A DNA stretch of 64,000 nucleotides from Prorocentrum cordatum (lineage: Eukaryota), in contig CAUYUJ010000225.1 in the NCBI GenBank assembly GCA_963575745.1, positions 620,001 to 684,000 on the forward strand, in the 5' to 3' direction. Positions 38,482-51,161 of this stretch are shown here, in pieces. The position numbers and the translations under genes are program-made. The notes beneath the pieces were generated by a model. It did no database searches, was not told the origin of the DNA, and saw nothing but the letters and a program-made list of their open reading frames with translations. Positions within the stretch are counted from its first letter, which is position 1. Each line of letters starts with the position of its first letter.

Positions 38482-40329
38482 GAGATTACATGTTGTAGTA
38501 CTATTGGGGCAAGAGCTAACTCGGATGGAGGGCGGCTCTTGTTTCAAACGGGGCTCTCGCATGAGAATTCCGCGAAGCATGCGTTCAAGAGCTTGGCACC
38601 CTGCAACGCTTAAACGGATGGAGGGCGTCTCTTTTTTCAAAATAAGACTACAACTGGGCCTCCTTGAAGGGCTCTCGCGTGGGACTTCCGCGGGGCATAC
38701 GTCCACGACTTTGACATCCTGCAACGCTTAGGCGGGTGGACGGCCTGTGTGCCACTTCCAACATGTCACCCGCACTGGGTAAGATGACTTGCATGGCCCC
38801 ATGAAGAGGGAACTTGGCACGAGAGAGTGCCTTGCAACACCGGTTGATGTATCTTGAATTGCCGTTGGTCCTCATCTCCAATCGTCCTTCGTCCCGTCTC
38901 CTCCTGCCCCTGGCCCTCCCCCTCCTCCTCCTCCTCCGCTCCCTGCTTCTCCTCCTCCTCCACCCCCTCCCCTGCCCTTCGCCCTTTGCTCGGCAAAGCA
39001 CGGTGAAGGGGCGGAAGTGAAGATGGAGGGCGGAGGTGCCCGAGCCGAAGGAGAGGGAGATAGGGAGAGAACGGGAGTGTTAAGGGAAACGCATGCGCCA
39101 AAAGAGAGGGAGGCGCTTAAGCCGAAAAAACGAGAATGGGAGAGAGCGAGAGAGAGGGCGAGGGGGAGGCAGGAAGAGATATATAGAGAGAGAGAGAGAA
39201 AAAATAATAATTAAAAAAACGAATGATACATATGAGAGAGAGGGAGGCAGAGAGATGAGAGAAGAAGAGGGTGAGAGAGAGACATGGGGGGAAGGAGAGA
39301 TTATGTAACGGTGGGAACGTATAGAGTAAACTTGTTTTTCTTGGGTTGGGAGCTGTGTTGCTAAGCTTGGTGGTTTGTGTTGTTGGGGTAAGTTTGTGTT
39401 AATCGGCTGTGCAAACATGACGTGTTGTTGAGGAGTCAGCGTTGCTTGGCATTGCGAGCTTGATGATTGTTGAGGGGATCAGTGTTGCTTGGCGTTGCCA
39501 ACTGAATGATTTTGTTGGGGACCAGTGCTGCTGGATACCGCGTTCTAGAGCGTTTTTGGTCTGGGCGAAAACATCAAGATTGCGACAACGCTGTTCTACA
39601 GAAACGCTCGCGCCCGTGTGACAAACAAGGGCCAACGTATACATGGCGTGCCCAACGAGAGCCCCGCTTTGACAAAGAACCGCCTCCCCCCTCCCCACGT
39701 GGTTCACTGATGCACAGGATGCTACACATGGCCAGTCAACCCAAAGAAGCCCCAAGCGAGAACCCCATTGTGCGAAGAAGCCGCCCTCCATCCGTGTGGC
39801 TGCTATCCACTGGCCCCCTTTCGAGGGGGGGGGAACAGGCTACAACGCGCAGGTGATCTTGCCCCCTGCGACAATTCCACTGTGCAAGCTTCTTGTACTG
39901 GAGTTGTACACGTTCTGGCTCCACGGGCGGAATGATTGAAGAACGCGCGAAGGCCACAGGCTCAAAACACGGCCCGCTACCCTCCCAGAGCCATGCCCCC
40001 TGAATGTATGGAGGCGCTGGGACACGTGAACGTTACTGCTGCTCTGCGCCCCCGAGGCCGGAGGAGGAGGAGGAGGAGGAAGAGGAGGAGGTGGAGGGGG
40101 AGGAGGAGGAGGAGGAGGAGGAGGAGGAGGAGGAGGAGGAGGAGGAGGAGGAGGAGGAGGGGGAGGAGGAGGTGGAGGGGGAGGAGGCGGAGGGGGAGGA
40201 GGAGGAGGAGGAGTAGGAGGGGGGAAGCCTTCTTGCTCTTGACCACGGGCTTGTACCCGTTGTAGGTCACAGCGGGCTCGCGCTCCCGATGCCACCACCC
40301 CCTGCAAAATGCGACACGCTCGCCCCAGC

Positions 40330-40341
40330 TGAAGGGGCCCT

Positions 40342-40403
<62 letters not shown>

Positions 40404-40541
40404 AGCACACACAAATAACAGGACTCACCATATTTTCCAATATTTTCAAGGTTTTTTTCTTCCCCCCCCACTTCCCATATTTTCCCATGCTTTCCTGGGA
40501 GTCGACGGTGAATTGTGTCTGTGTGTTCTTGTCCCTCCTGA
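40330..40541 (+). mobile_element. Family A short element, copy 9 (internal (CA)n expansion)
   Basis: TSD ccagc/ccatc. Confidence 0.88.
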
Positions 40542-41509
40542 CCATCCCCCCCGCCCCCAGGCCAATCCTCAGTAAAGTGCAACTGGTTGGGGCTAATTAC
40601 CGAGGCCACGCGCCCTCGTGCATTACTACGGGCTCGCGCTCCTTCACCACTTTTCGTGGGGGGTGTAGAATGCAACACGTTCGCATTCCCGACGGCGCAA
40701 TCCTTTGTACATTACATCACGCTCGCGCTACCGCAGCCACAATCCTTCGTAAACTACAGCGATTCTCGCCCCTGGAGCCGCAGGCCATTGCAAATTACGT
40801 CGCATGCCCGCTCTTGGGGCCACAATCTCTAGCAGTTTGCAACGCAGTTGCCCTCCCCTCCCCCGTGGCCACAACCCATAATAGACTATTGCGTTTTCGC
40901 ACCCCCGTGGCAACACCTTTGATAAGTTACGGCGCGCTCGCGCTCCCGGGGCACTGCTTCCTTGCTCCTTGCCAGAAGCCACGATTCCTTGCACCTTCAA
41001 ACATGTTTCGTGCTTTCGAGGTCACGGTTCGATGTAAGTTGCGACGCTTGCGCGTTCCCGCGGCCATCTTCGATACTGTACAACACATGTGGTGCAGCCT
41101 GTGTGGCAAAAAATGTGCAGCCTGTGTGGCACAGTCTACGTGGTGACATGTACGTCGTGCAACCCATGGCTTCTTCACGAGTGCCCCCTCGTATGGTATC
41201 ATGATCGCCCAGCCCGAAACAAAAGTTAACCGAAACCAACTGCCAACAACCCATGTAGAAGACAAAGGGCCAACACACCGAGTTGCCAACCAACCAACCG
41301 AGAATCCAGCGAACTAACCGACTGAGCAAACGTAGCCACGCAAGCGATCCGAGGGGGGCTGGCGGCAGAGAGCGAAGCCCTTCAGCGATGTGTTCAAGAC
41401 CCTGGTCTTAGAATCAGAAAAAGGCTCGAGCGACAGCCCCATGTTGAAAAGGATTCGTTCCCCATCCCTGTTGCCGTTCCAATGTTTGACAACAGTTAGG
41501 CGGGGCGTT

Positions 41510-41880
41510 CTTGCGAGAGCCCGACTTTGAAAGTGAACCGCCCTCCGTCCTTGAAGCGGCTGCAAGATTTTCAAAAAACCGTGCGCGCCGCTCAGGCGGG
41601 AGCCCCGTTTTCGACTCCCCCCTCCATCCTCGTACCCATCGCATGCTCTCAAGCAAATGCGAGTGGAGCTCTGGCATCAGCTCCATTTTGAAAACCTTCT
41701 CCCTCCATCCTTGTACCCGTTGAAAGCTTTCAAAACGAATGCGCGCTGCACTCAGTCGAGAGCTCCTTTTTGAAAACTACCCTCATCCATCCTTGTGCCC
41801 GTTGCGTGCTTTCAACACGAATGCGCGCAGCGCTCCGGCGAAAGCCCCGGTTTGAAAACCACCCCCCTCCGTCCTTGTAG
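41510..41880 (+). repeat. Degenerate ~81-84-bp tandem array (same family at 49200-49615 +, 51755-52270 -, ~38520-38730 -)
   Basis: Recurrent AAACGAATGCGCGC...TTTTGAAAA..CCGCCCTCCATCC units. Confidence 0.75.
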
Positions 41881-42736
41881 CTATTGGACTCTCAAGCCTC
41901 AGAACCCAAAATGGTGAGGAAGTCGAAAACCAAAACGCCCGGCCCGCCCTCCCGACATCGATGGAGCCCGCTGTAGGCGACAGGGCGCCGAAAGCCAGAG
42001 AGGAGTTCTCTGCTGCCCGCGGGCTGACCCCCTCGCAGAGAGAGGCACCCTCCTGATGCCCTTTTCACGGGCAGCCCCCTCCTGCTACACCTTCCCCAAG
42101 GGTGACGTTACGGACGCGGCGTGGTGCGATGCCCCTATCGTGCACATGCTTTCGAATATTTGATACACAAGGGTCTGGTGTCCCTCACTTTGGACGTATT
42201 AGGGGACATACTCCGCTGACCACCTACCCTTTCTCTCTTTTTCGTTCTCTGTCTATGTCTCCTCTCTCTCCTTCTCTCGTGGCCTTGTGTGAATGTAAGC
42301 GTCCTCGCTATAGCAAGCAAAAGCACGGAGTGACTGTTGACGCTGCTACATGTACGCGTTGATTTCATCATTTCCTTGCCCTTGCCCCGTCGGGTAGTCA
42401 TGCATACAAGGCGTTTCTTCCTCGGCACTAACATGCCAATCGCCAACCGAACTTTGGCTGGCATTTGAAGGCGCCTGGGCGTAGAGCTCGAAAAACAAAA
42501 TGACGGTCGATCTCGCACTCTTCAACCTCCGCCTCCTCTTCCTCCTCCTCCTCCTCCTCCTCCTTCTCCTCTTCCTCCTCCTCGATGGATAAGCCGGCCG
42601 CGCGGCGCCCACGCGTCGATGAGGCCCAACGGGCTTGGGGCCGCGCCGCGGGCGGAGCCGCGGGCCCCCGAGTCCACGAGGGAAAACGATACGGGTGGGG
42701 GCAGCTCAGGGAGAGAGAAATCGCGCGCACTCCTCT

Positions 42737-42956
42737 CTACGGTCGAGAACTCTTGCATAGCGTGTCGCCGCGGCGGCCCCAGCGACGCACAATCCCTTGC
42801 AACCGGATAGCGCGTCGCTCCGCGCCGCGGGGCGAAAAAATCAGAAAAACTCTGCGTGCGGACGCCTGGGGGCCCGGACGTAGACATCGCGTCGCACCGA
42901 AATGCGGCGGGCCCGAACTGGCGGCGCGACGCGCTATCCCCAAATTCCCGACCGTA
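42737..42956 (+). mobile_element. MITE family with TIR CTACGGTCG(G/A)GAA (also ~47450-47700, ~59097-59326, partial ~21440-21545)
   Basis: CTACGGTCGAGAA ... TTCCCGACCGTAG; colinear interiors (CGGATGGCGTGTCGC). Confidence 0.75.
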
Positions 42957-42987
42957 GGAAGCGCCGCCCCTGCGGCCGCGCGCGCGC

Positions 42988-43081
42988 CTCGCTGTGGTCT
43001 GGGGGCGCTGCCGACGGGCTGCCCCGGCCGAGCACGGCGCTGCGGCGGAGCACGGCCGACAGGGGGGCACTGATCCGCAGC
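42988..43081 (-). CDS. Candidate exon of unknown gene (LRISAPLSAVLRRSAVLGRGSPSAAPPDHSE)
   Basis: CAG|G acceptor, GAG|GCGCG donor, open frame; no homology recognised. Confidence 0.25.
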
Positions 43082-44579
43082 CTGTGCCGCTGGGCCCGCG
43101 CGCTGCAGCAGCACGTGAATCCTACCGGCGGGTTGGGCCGCGCAGCTACAGGGAGGATCAATGGTCGGGAACTTGTTGTTGTTGATCAGATGTTCTACAT
43201 CATCTTCATTAATGCCCAGCCAATGCGATGTACCTCCTTCCCTCTTCTCCCAGCTCAAAGGGTCTCTTCGGGAGGACCTTGTGCATGATCTGTCCCCTCG
43301 TGTTGATCGATGGCATGGCGGCGATGTGTGCGCGCGAACGAGCACACCCTTTTCCGACTACAAGGGCCCAGCGCGACCTCCAGACTCAGGTTCGCCGACC
43401 ATCTTCTTCGAAGTGTAAATGCCCTTGAGCCAAGCGCCCGCAACGGCAGGCGGATGGGTGATAACATGACGCAGGCAGGAATGAGCGTTATCAACTCTTT
43501 TGGATCGCGTGTCGTCCCGGCTGCCGTAAACACACGGGATTTTGAACACATGGGATGTTTAAAAACACTAGGTCGTAGGCGATCGAAGATGGTGTCTCGC
43601 GAGCGCGCCGACATTCACGTGATGTTTGAGAACGTAGCCGAAACCAATCGAAATGCTCCCCCGCGCGAGCGACATGACAACATGGTCGCGCACAGCCGCC
43701 GTTGAACCATGGCGCGTACGCGCGCCAGAATACAATGGATGTTTGAAAACATGCCCTGGCACTCAAGAGATGAAACCCTGGCGCAAACGCCACGCAAAAC
43801 TTCACTGTAGAGGAGATACTCGACAAGATATCGTGCTACAGTGAGTCTGGGGGCACTGTTTTCGTCGATTCCTGAGGGTCCCGAGGTGCCCAGAGCTTCT
43901 GTGTGACCCTGGGGCCATCGGGGGATACGACAATTCCGTTGGGCATAGGCTGGCAGGCCGACATCCTATTTGATGTGCATGCTGCAGTCGAGCAGAAAGT
44001 GGCACAAACGTGAACTCTCAGAGGTCCGCACAGAATTCTTGGGTCAACGCCGGAACCCCACCATCGGAACCCGCGGCGCGATTCGCTCGCCAAGACCTAC
44101 CAGCCCTTTGGGCGTCGGTAGTTTAGGAGTCTAGAATGCCTGTCTTCTTCCAGCCTAGTCTTCCCCTTCAGCAAGGGGGTACCCATGCCCCATGGGTCTG
44201 GGCGATGGGCCCAGCGAGAGGTCATAAGGTCCAGGATGGCCCAAGATGGTTGTAAGAGGGCCTCGGGTAGCCCAAGATGGCATCCAAGGTGACTACAGAT
44301 AGCCCAAGATGGTTCAAGCTGAGGAGGCGGGGTTCAATTATGTTTGCCTTCTCGCCATTTCACTTCCGATTGCCTTCCGAGGCCTCGAGATGGTTCCGGG
44401 ATGGCCCGGGAGAGCCCACAGATGGGCCCAAGATGGCCCCAAGACGGCCCCAAGAGCGCCCAAGAGCGCCCCAAGACCGCCCCAAGAGAGCCCCCAAGAG
44501 GTGGTTTTAAGGGCTCCGGGAAGGGGGCGAGGGCTAATTATGGAACCCCCTTCTTTGCTCGATGTCCTCCAAGATCGTG

Positions 44580-45490
44580 GCTAGAGGCTGTGGAGCCGGT
44601 TGTCCCCCCCCCTCCCCCCCCCAGCGCGCGATGGCCAGGGATGTCCCGTCGGTGGCGCGTCGGTGTCCCGTCGGTGTCGCCGCCGTGGCTGGAGGCTGTG
44701 GAGCCGGTTGTCCGCCCCTCCCCCCCCCGGCGCGCGGTGGCCAGGGGTGTCCCGTCGGTGGCGCGTCGGTGTCCCGTCGGTGTCCTATGTCCCAGGGCAG
44801 GGCGGCGCGAGCCAGTGTCTTGGAGCAGGGCGGCGAGATCGATAGTGGGATCGTTTAGGAGATCGACCGTGAGATCCGTTATGAGATGGATGATGAGACT
44901 TGTTGTGAGATCGATGGTGAGATCGCTTGCGAGATCTATAGTGCGGTCGACAGTGATATCGATCATGATACCGATGTTGCAAACGATGTTTGAAATCGGT
45001 TGTGAGACTGATCGTGAGAACTCTTGTGAGATCGATCGTGAGTTGGAATGTGAGATTGGTAGTGAATTCGATTGTCAGATCGAAGGTGAGATCGACTGGG
45101 AGATCCATAGTGTGATCTGTTGTGAGATCGATTGTCGCCAACCCGAGGGCGCTTCATCGGTATCGTGCTCATCACCTCCACCAATATTGCCATCAATTGG
45201 TCCTTTCCCCCCGACCTCCTTATCAACCGAAGGGCTGGAGAGCCCAGAATCGAATCGATAAGTCTGATCGGCGGTCGAAACTCATCGGATCGGCAGAACT
45301 CGGCAGCCAAGTCGGGATAAGTCGCATCGGCAGAAATCGGCAGGCTAGTAGGTTTCCCATTAAGGAATCGGCATCCAAATCGGAATCCGAAGTCGAATCG
45401 AATCGGAATCGGAGGCCATCGAAATCGAACCGCATCGAATCGGAGGAATCGAAATGAGCCCTGGAAGGGTGGTCGTATAGGTATATGGTA
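44580..45490 (+). mobile_element. Family D element copy, with a nested ~230-bp AATCG-rich insertion (~45230-45462) in its end
   Basis: GTGTCCCG array, GAGATCGAT array, CCTCCTTATCA.CCGAAGGG...GAAGGGTGGTCGTATAGGTAT. Confidence 0.65.
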
Positions 45491-46052
45491 CACAACTTGT
45501 CACTATGGCCCGAAGGCTACAGCGGTATACTGATCCTACTGGCTACATGTGGGCCTGGCTGAGATGCATGGTGTACGGCAGGATACTATCGTGCCGACCA
45601 GAACTTGTTTCTATCTCTGCGTGGATCGTTAAACCTTGAAAGATCACAGATTTCCCATCGCCCAGATTGATCAAGTTCGGCCGACTCTGGGCCACAAGCG
45701 ACTTTCAACCTTGAACGCCCGCGCTAATGCCGCTGCCGCGTCAAAGCGGCGCGAAACTGCCGTACATGTCCGACCCACCTGAATCCAAACGAAAGCGGGT
45801 GTTGGTATTTTGGGAGGCGAACTTAATCACTTCTGCCGGCGGAGCCGCCGTCGTTTGGGTTCGTTTGGGTTCTACTGACTTCCGCATGCTTTTCGCTGAA
45901 GCGAAGAAACCAACCTCTGGATCCCTCGCATGTGAAGTCCCTTCGGGCGCGCCTTCCGTGGACACGGGAGGGACCGGACGGCGAGGGGAGCCCGCCCGCC
46001 CGGCGAGCCAACAGCGCTGCTGGCGATTCCGTGGCGCCCCTCGGGGCCGCCG

Positions 46053-46097
46053 TCACACAGGGAGGTCGGCAATCGTGACCCCGTTGGCCTTCAGCTC
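46053..46097 (-). CDS. Deltex C-terminal domain protein, terminal exon (ELKANGVTIADLPV*)
   Basis: AAG|G acceptor, phase 0, 15 codons to TGA; completes the ...LEEL.A.GV end of the Deltex C-terminal domain. Confidence 0.8.
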   Translation of the reverse strand, partial: ELKANGVTIADLPV

Positions 46098-48012
46098 CTT
46101 CCGATGAGGAGGGGGAGCTGGCAGGAGGAGGAGGAGCAGGAGGAGAAGGAGGAGGAGGAGCACGACGACGACGGTGAGGACGACGACGATGCCGACGACG
46201 ACGATCGAGATGTTCGGGATGTTTTGCCCTTGGTCGAGACCCCAGAGACCACCGAAGGCATCCAGAGGGGGTGGGGAAGGGGAAGGCGGGCAGGGCGAGC
46301 TAGGTGCGCAAGCGCCATATCTGACGTCCTACCCGTCCCTCCCATCCCTTACCATGGCGTAGATATCCTCTCTATTCGCGCAGTTCGCGCAGCCGGATGT
46401 CGTAGCATGGCAAAGCATTACAGGGCACAACATGGCGTTGAAGATCAACGCGTAGTATGACGTAGCATGGCGTGGCACTGCGTAGTCAAGCACTGCATAT
46501 CAGAGCATGGCAGCTGAAGGGATGGCATCGCACAGCAGAACACACCATAGCATAGCATTGCATTGCATGCCATGGCATGGCACTGGAAATGAGGCCAGCG
46601 CTGCAGCAGGAGCACGGTTCGGAACGAGCGGAAGCGTGGAAATGAGATCAGCGCTGCAGCGGGAGCACGATTCGGAACAAGCTGAAGCCCGAAAATGAGG
46701 CCAGCGCTGCAGCGGGAACCACATTTTGAAGGACCGGGAAAAATCGGATCGCCAACAACACAAGTGAAAACCAAACTCCTGGCAATCCGGTATGTAAAGA
46801 AACAGTACGCGGAGGGGTGCCAGCCATCTTTCGCACAGACTCATGGGAGAGAGGATAATAGCACGGTGGGGGCATTGTATAAGGAACCCTTAGATAAGGA
46901 ACCCAGGGTCTGGAAGCCAGCGGAACACCAACTGATGTTTGGCCATGGACATCACCGTCACCCTCATCAGATAAGGAATCCTCCAGGGTATCAAGACTCC
47001 TGTGCACATTCCTTAACGCACGCCTCACCGTATTCATATTGTGCAATTGTGGAGCGGGGGAGGGAACGTAAGAGGGGGCGAGGCAGGCAGCACGGAATTC
47101 GCCAGATGTCCTGGCGACGCTGGCGCAGAGGCCAGCCCCGTCCGCTGTGGTTGCGACACCACCTACTGCACACACAGAAGGAGAAAGGAAGAAGGGCTGA
47201 CCAAGTAGAGCAGCTGAGAACCCCTTGATAAACACGCCTGGCAGCGTGGCGCGCCGACTTGACATCGGACGTGCGCGTGGCTGACTAAATTTGGCGTGTG
47301 CGCAGTTACTTGATTTATTACGGGGCGCGAGCAGAAGACCCCCATGAGAACGCATCACGGATGAAAAAGGTCAACTCGGCAAACCACGGGGGCACGTCCC
47401 TCGAAGGCCCACGAGAAAGCAGGCGGATCCGGGAAGGCGACGCACCTCCTTACGGTCGGGAGTTTTTGCTTAGCATGTCGCGGAGGCGGGCCCAGCGACG
47501 CGTTATGCCTTGCAAGCGGATGGCGTGTCGCTTCGCTCTGCGGGGCTCGAGGCCGGGAAAGCTCGAGATGCTGACGTTCGCGGACTGGGACGTGGTCCGC
47601 GCGTCGCGCCGACGCAGGGTGGGCCAGAACCGGCGGCGCGCCGCGCCAAGCCGAGGCTCCCGAGACCGCAGCTCCAAGGCCACGCGCCCGACCCGTGGGC
47701 CACGAGGCAGGAGGAGGAGGAGGAGGAGGACGAGGAGGAGGAGGAGGAGGATGGGAGGAGGAGGAGGAGGAGGAGGAGGAGCACGAGGAGCACGAGGAGT
47801 AGGACGAGGAGGAGGACGAGGAGGAGGAGGAGGAGGAGGAGGAGGCGGCTGGAGGGTGCGCCACGAGGCGGCTCGAACACCGAAGAGGCCGGAGCGAGGA
47901 GGCCCGCACGGGGGGCCGGCCGCCCGCACGGGGAGGCCCGCGCCCCGGGGCCCGAGCGCGGCGCCAAGGCGCTCGGTGGAGGAGGAGGGCGCGGGCGAGG
48001 GCCGCGGGGCCG

Positions 48013-48110
48013 CGGGCGCGAGGGCGCGAGGGCGCGGGCCGCGGGCGCGAGGGCGCGAGGGCGCGAGGGCGCGGGCGCGAGGGCGCGAGGGCGCGAGGGC
48101 GCGAGGGCGC
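48013..48110. repeat. (GGGCGCGA)n-type GC minisatellite
   Basis: Direct reading. Confidence 0.85.
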
Positions 48111-49199
48111 AGGCCACGGAGAGAGGGCGCCCGGCGCGAGCACGCCGCTGGGCGCAGGAGGGCGTGCAGGAGGTGTCCGCCGAAGGCGCAGGGCGCAGGC
48201 CACGCGCAGGGGGTTGCTGGGGGGCGGCGCCCTGGGCCGCGAGGCGGCCCAGGCGCCCCACCGTCCCCCACTGCCGCCACCCCCGGCCAGCACCAGCGGC
48301 ACCAGGAAGTCTGGTGAGGAGGAAGAGGAGGAGGAGGAGGAGGAGGAGGAGGAGGAGGAGGAGGAGGAGGTCAAGAGGTGAAGGCGCTTCGGGGCCGTGC
48401 CAGCAGCAGGGGCGGCGGGGCCTGTACTGTGCAAAATCCCTGCTGTGGGGTTACAGATGCAGGGCCGTCGGGTCTCACACCCGCGGCCTGCCCAGGGCGC
48501 CCCCCTGAACCCCTGGATGCGGGGGGGGGGGCCGCGCAGGGGGCGAATCCCGAAAGCAAAACAGTTCGGGGGGCTGGGGCATGGGGGCGCGATGAGGTTT
48601 GCGCCCGCACCCGAGGAGGACGAAGGAGGAGGAGCAGGAGGAGGAGGACGACAAAGGAGGAGGAGGGGGAGGAGGAGGAGAAGGACCAGTGTAAACCCAA
48701 GAGTCGCCAACGACGTCGGGATAAACCCTCCCTCCAAGCTCCCTCTTCATAGGCCCCTGCAACAATTCATTTCCATTGAGGGAACTGCCTCGTTGGAAGA
48801 CAATCGTTTGAAGACCCTGAAGCATACAAAACATTGTTCTCGGAATTTTGACGCCACGGATCAACCTGACTGCTGCGTTTTGACGATCCTGAACCGTGCC
48901 AGAAAGCAATTTTTTGGCAGTGGACAAACCTCCCTTTAGTAAACCTCACCTTAATGAAAACGGCCTGGGACCGAAACCGACTGACCCGAACCCGCAAAAA
49001 AGACGGCCGCGACGCCCTCTCGCGAACCGAAAACGGCCAATTCGCTAATCGACGTGTCAGGGTAGGAGGTCGATCCACCCCCGAATTTTGGGGGACTTCA
49101 ACACCGCGAATCAACATAACTGTTGCACCCGCATAATCCTGAATCCTTCCTGAATATAATTTCTGGTACGTTGACCGGGATTCCGTGAAAACCTTCCAA

Positions 49200-49615
49200 A
49201 TTATATGAACGAATATGCGCGGCGCTAAGGCGAGAACCACATTTTGAAGAGGAACCGCCCTCAACCCGTGAAGCTCTTGCAAATGTTATAAACGAATATG
49301 CGCGGCGCTACGGCGAGAGCTACACTTTGAAAAGGAACCGCCCTTCAATCCGCGAAACTCTGGCAGATTTTCAAAAACGAATGTGCGTGGCGCTAGGCGA
49401 CAGCCACATGTTGAAAACGACCCGCCCTCAATCCGTGAAATTCTGGCGAGTGTTCAAAACGAATGTGCGCGGCGCTTAGGCGAAAACCACTTTTAGAAAA
49501 TCACCCGCCTTCAATCCGTGAAATTCTGGCAAATCTCCAAAAACGAATGTGCGCGGCGCTAAGGCGAGAGCCACATTCAAAAAACCACCCGCCCTCCATC
49601 TATGAAACTGTTGCC
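49200..49615 (+). repeat. ~84-bp tandem array, 5 units
   Basis: ACGAAT(A/G)TGCG recurs at ~49209, 49292, 49377, 49459, 49543. Confidence 0.85.
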
Positions 49616-49627
49616 ACTTTTTATTGA

Positions 49628-49816
49628 AGGGTGTAAAAAACGCCCCTACCCTGGGTTGCAAGTGCGTGGTCCGTAAACCTCCTGGGACCTCCCAAAGGCC
49701 AGAGAGCCGCCAGGACGCCGCGCGACACGCGCGATATGCAGGGTTTACCCTGTCAGCCCACAGGAGGTTCAGCGCACAGCGCCTCGTAAACTAGGGTAGG
49801 GCGTCTTTGACGCCCT
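49628..49816. mobile_element. MITE, ~30-bp TIR, 3-bp TSD (TGA), PIF/Harbinger-like
   Basis: tga|AGGGTGTAAAAAACGCCCCTACCCTGGGTT ... AACTAGGGTAGGGCGTCTTTGACGCCCT|tga; superfamily inferred from TSD length. Confidence 0.7.
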
Positions 49817-51097
49817 TGATTCTCAGCTTCAGAGTCATAACTGGTGAGGAACTCTCAGGCGAAACGCCCGGCCCGCCCTAAAAACTGGCCTCGGGGTGCG
49901 ACAGGGAGAAATTATGTATAAGGAAAAGGAATGGAGGAGGAGGAGGAGGAGGAGGAGGAGGAGGAGGAGGAGGAGGAGGAAGAGGAGGAGGAAGAGAAAG
50001 GCCCGGGGGGGGAGCCCGGGACGGCACATTGGCGCGGGCGGCGACACTGACGGGGATGGCGACGGGGAGGGAGGGGGAGAGGCGGGGGACAGAGGACGGG
50101 CGGCGGAGAGAGGGGGAGAGGGAGACTGAGAGCTCAGGGGGTGGCGACGGGGGCTAGGATGGGAAGCAACCGCTGGTTTCGCCGACGGCTGGTTTCGCCC
50201 GGCTGGTTTCGCCGCCCGGCGAGAGCAGCTGCTGTCGGCGAAACCAGCTGCCGTCGGCGAAACTGCCCGATCCGACCCGCCCGCTTGGGTCCGCCCGCCC
50301 GACCCGACCCGCCCGTTAGGGTGCGCGCGTGCTCGGTCGAGCGTGGCCCACAATTTAATGTCCCGCACGCCCGACCGCTGCGGACGACGACGACGACGCC
50401 CGGCGCCCGACGCCACGACGACGACGACGACGACGATGACGGCGGCGATGGCGACGCCGACGGCGACGACGGCGTCGGCAAAACCAAGCGCCGGCGAAAC
50501 CAACACCAGCGCAAGCAGCCGCCGGCGCAACCAGCCGCTGGCGCAACCAGCGAGGCGAAACCACAGGGGCGACGCCAGCGCCGGCGAAACTGGCCGTCGG
50601 CGAAACCAGCAGGCGCTCGCCACGAAGTGACGCATTGCCAAGACAAGTTCAGACAGAGCCCGAACGCGACCAGGCAGGCGAAGCGAAGCCTCGTGTGCGG
50701 TGGACTCAGCGGAGCTCGTTCGCTCGCTCCCCCTCCCCTCCCCGGACCCTGGATCCGCCGTGCTTTGGTTGATTATCCGATCTGCATCTCTGTCGGATAT
50801 GCACCCCCCGCTGGTGCGACAAACAGGAAGCGGAAGTAGACCAGTGGGGCCGCTGTCCTCGCAGCGGCATGGGGGGAAGCAGCGACGGGAGGGCACGCCG
50901 GAGGCCGGCACCGCAGGCGCTGGTAAAAATATAGGACAGACACCTCCGCCCTACCTGCGAAGTCGCTCAAGGGCGCGGCGAATCCCGCCTCGTTCGGCGG
51001 CGGGCCCGGGGGGAGGAGGAGGAGGAGGAGGAGGAGGAGGCGGAGGAGGAGGAGGTCTGGCCCTCCCTCCCGTCGCCCGCCCACGGCGGGCGCGCTC

Positions 51098-51161
51098 CTC
51101 GAGGCTCCGGCGGAAGTAGCCGGGGTCGGGGTAGCCGTGGCCCGCGGCACCGCGCGGCTGC
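51098..51161 (-). CDS. Deltex C-terminal domain protein, penultimate exon (QPRGAAGHGYPDPGYFRRSLE)
   Basis: CAG|G acceptor; HGYPDPxY is the signature near the end of the Deltex C-terminal domain; GAG|GAGCG (GA) donor in phase with the 46097 exon. Confidence 0.8.

Noticed and set aside
49200..49615. Regularly spaced repeats resembling a CRISPR array
   Set aside because: Whole units are homologous with no unique spacers, there are no cas genes, and the context is eukaryotic.
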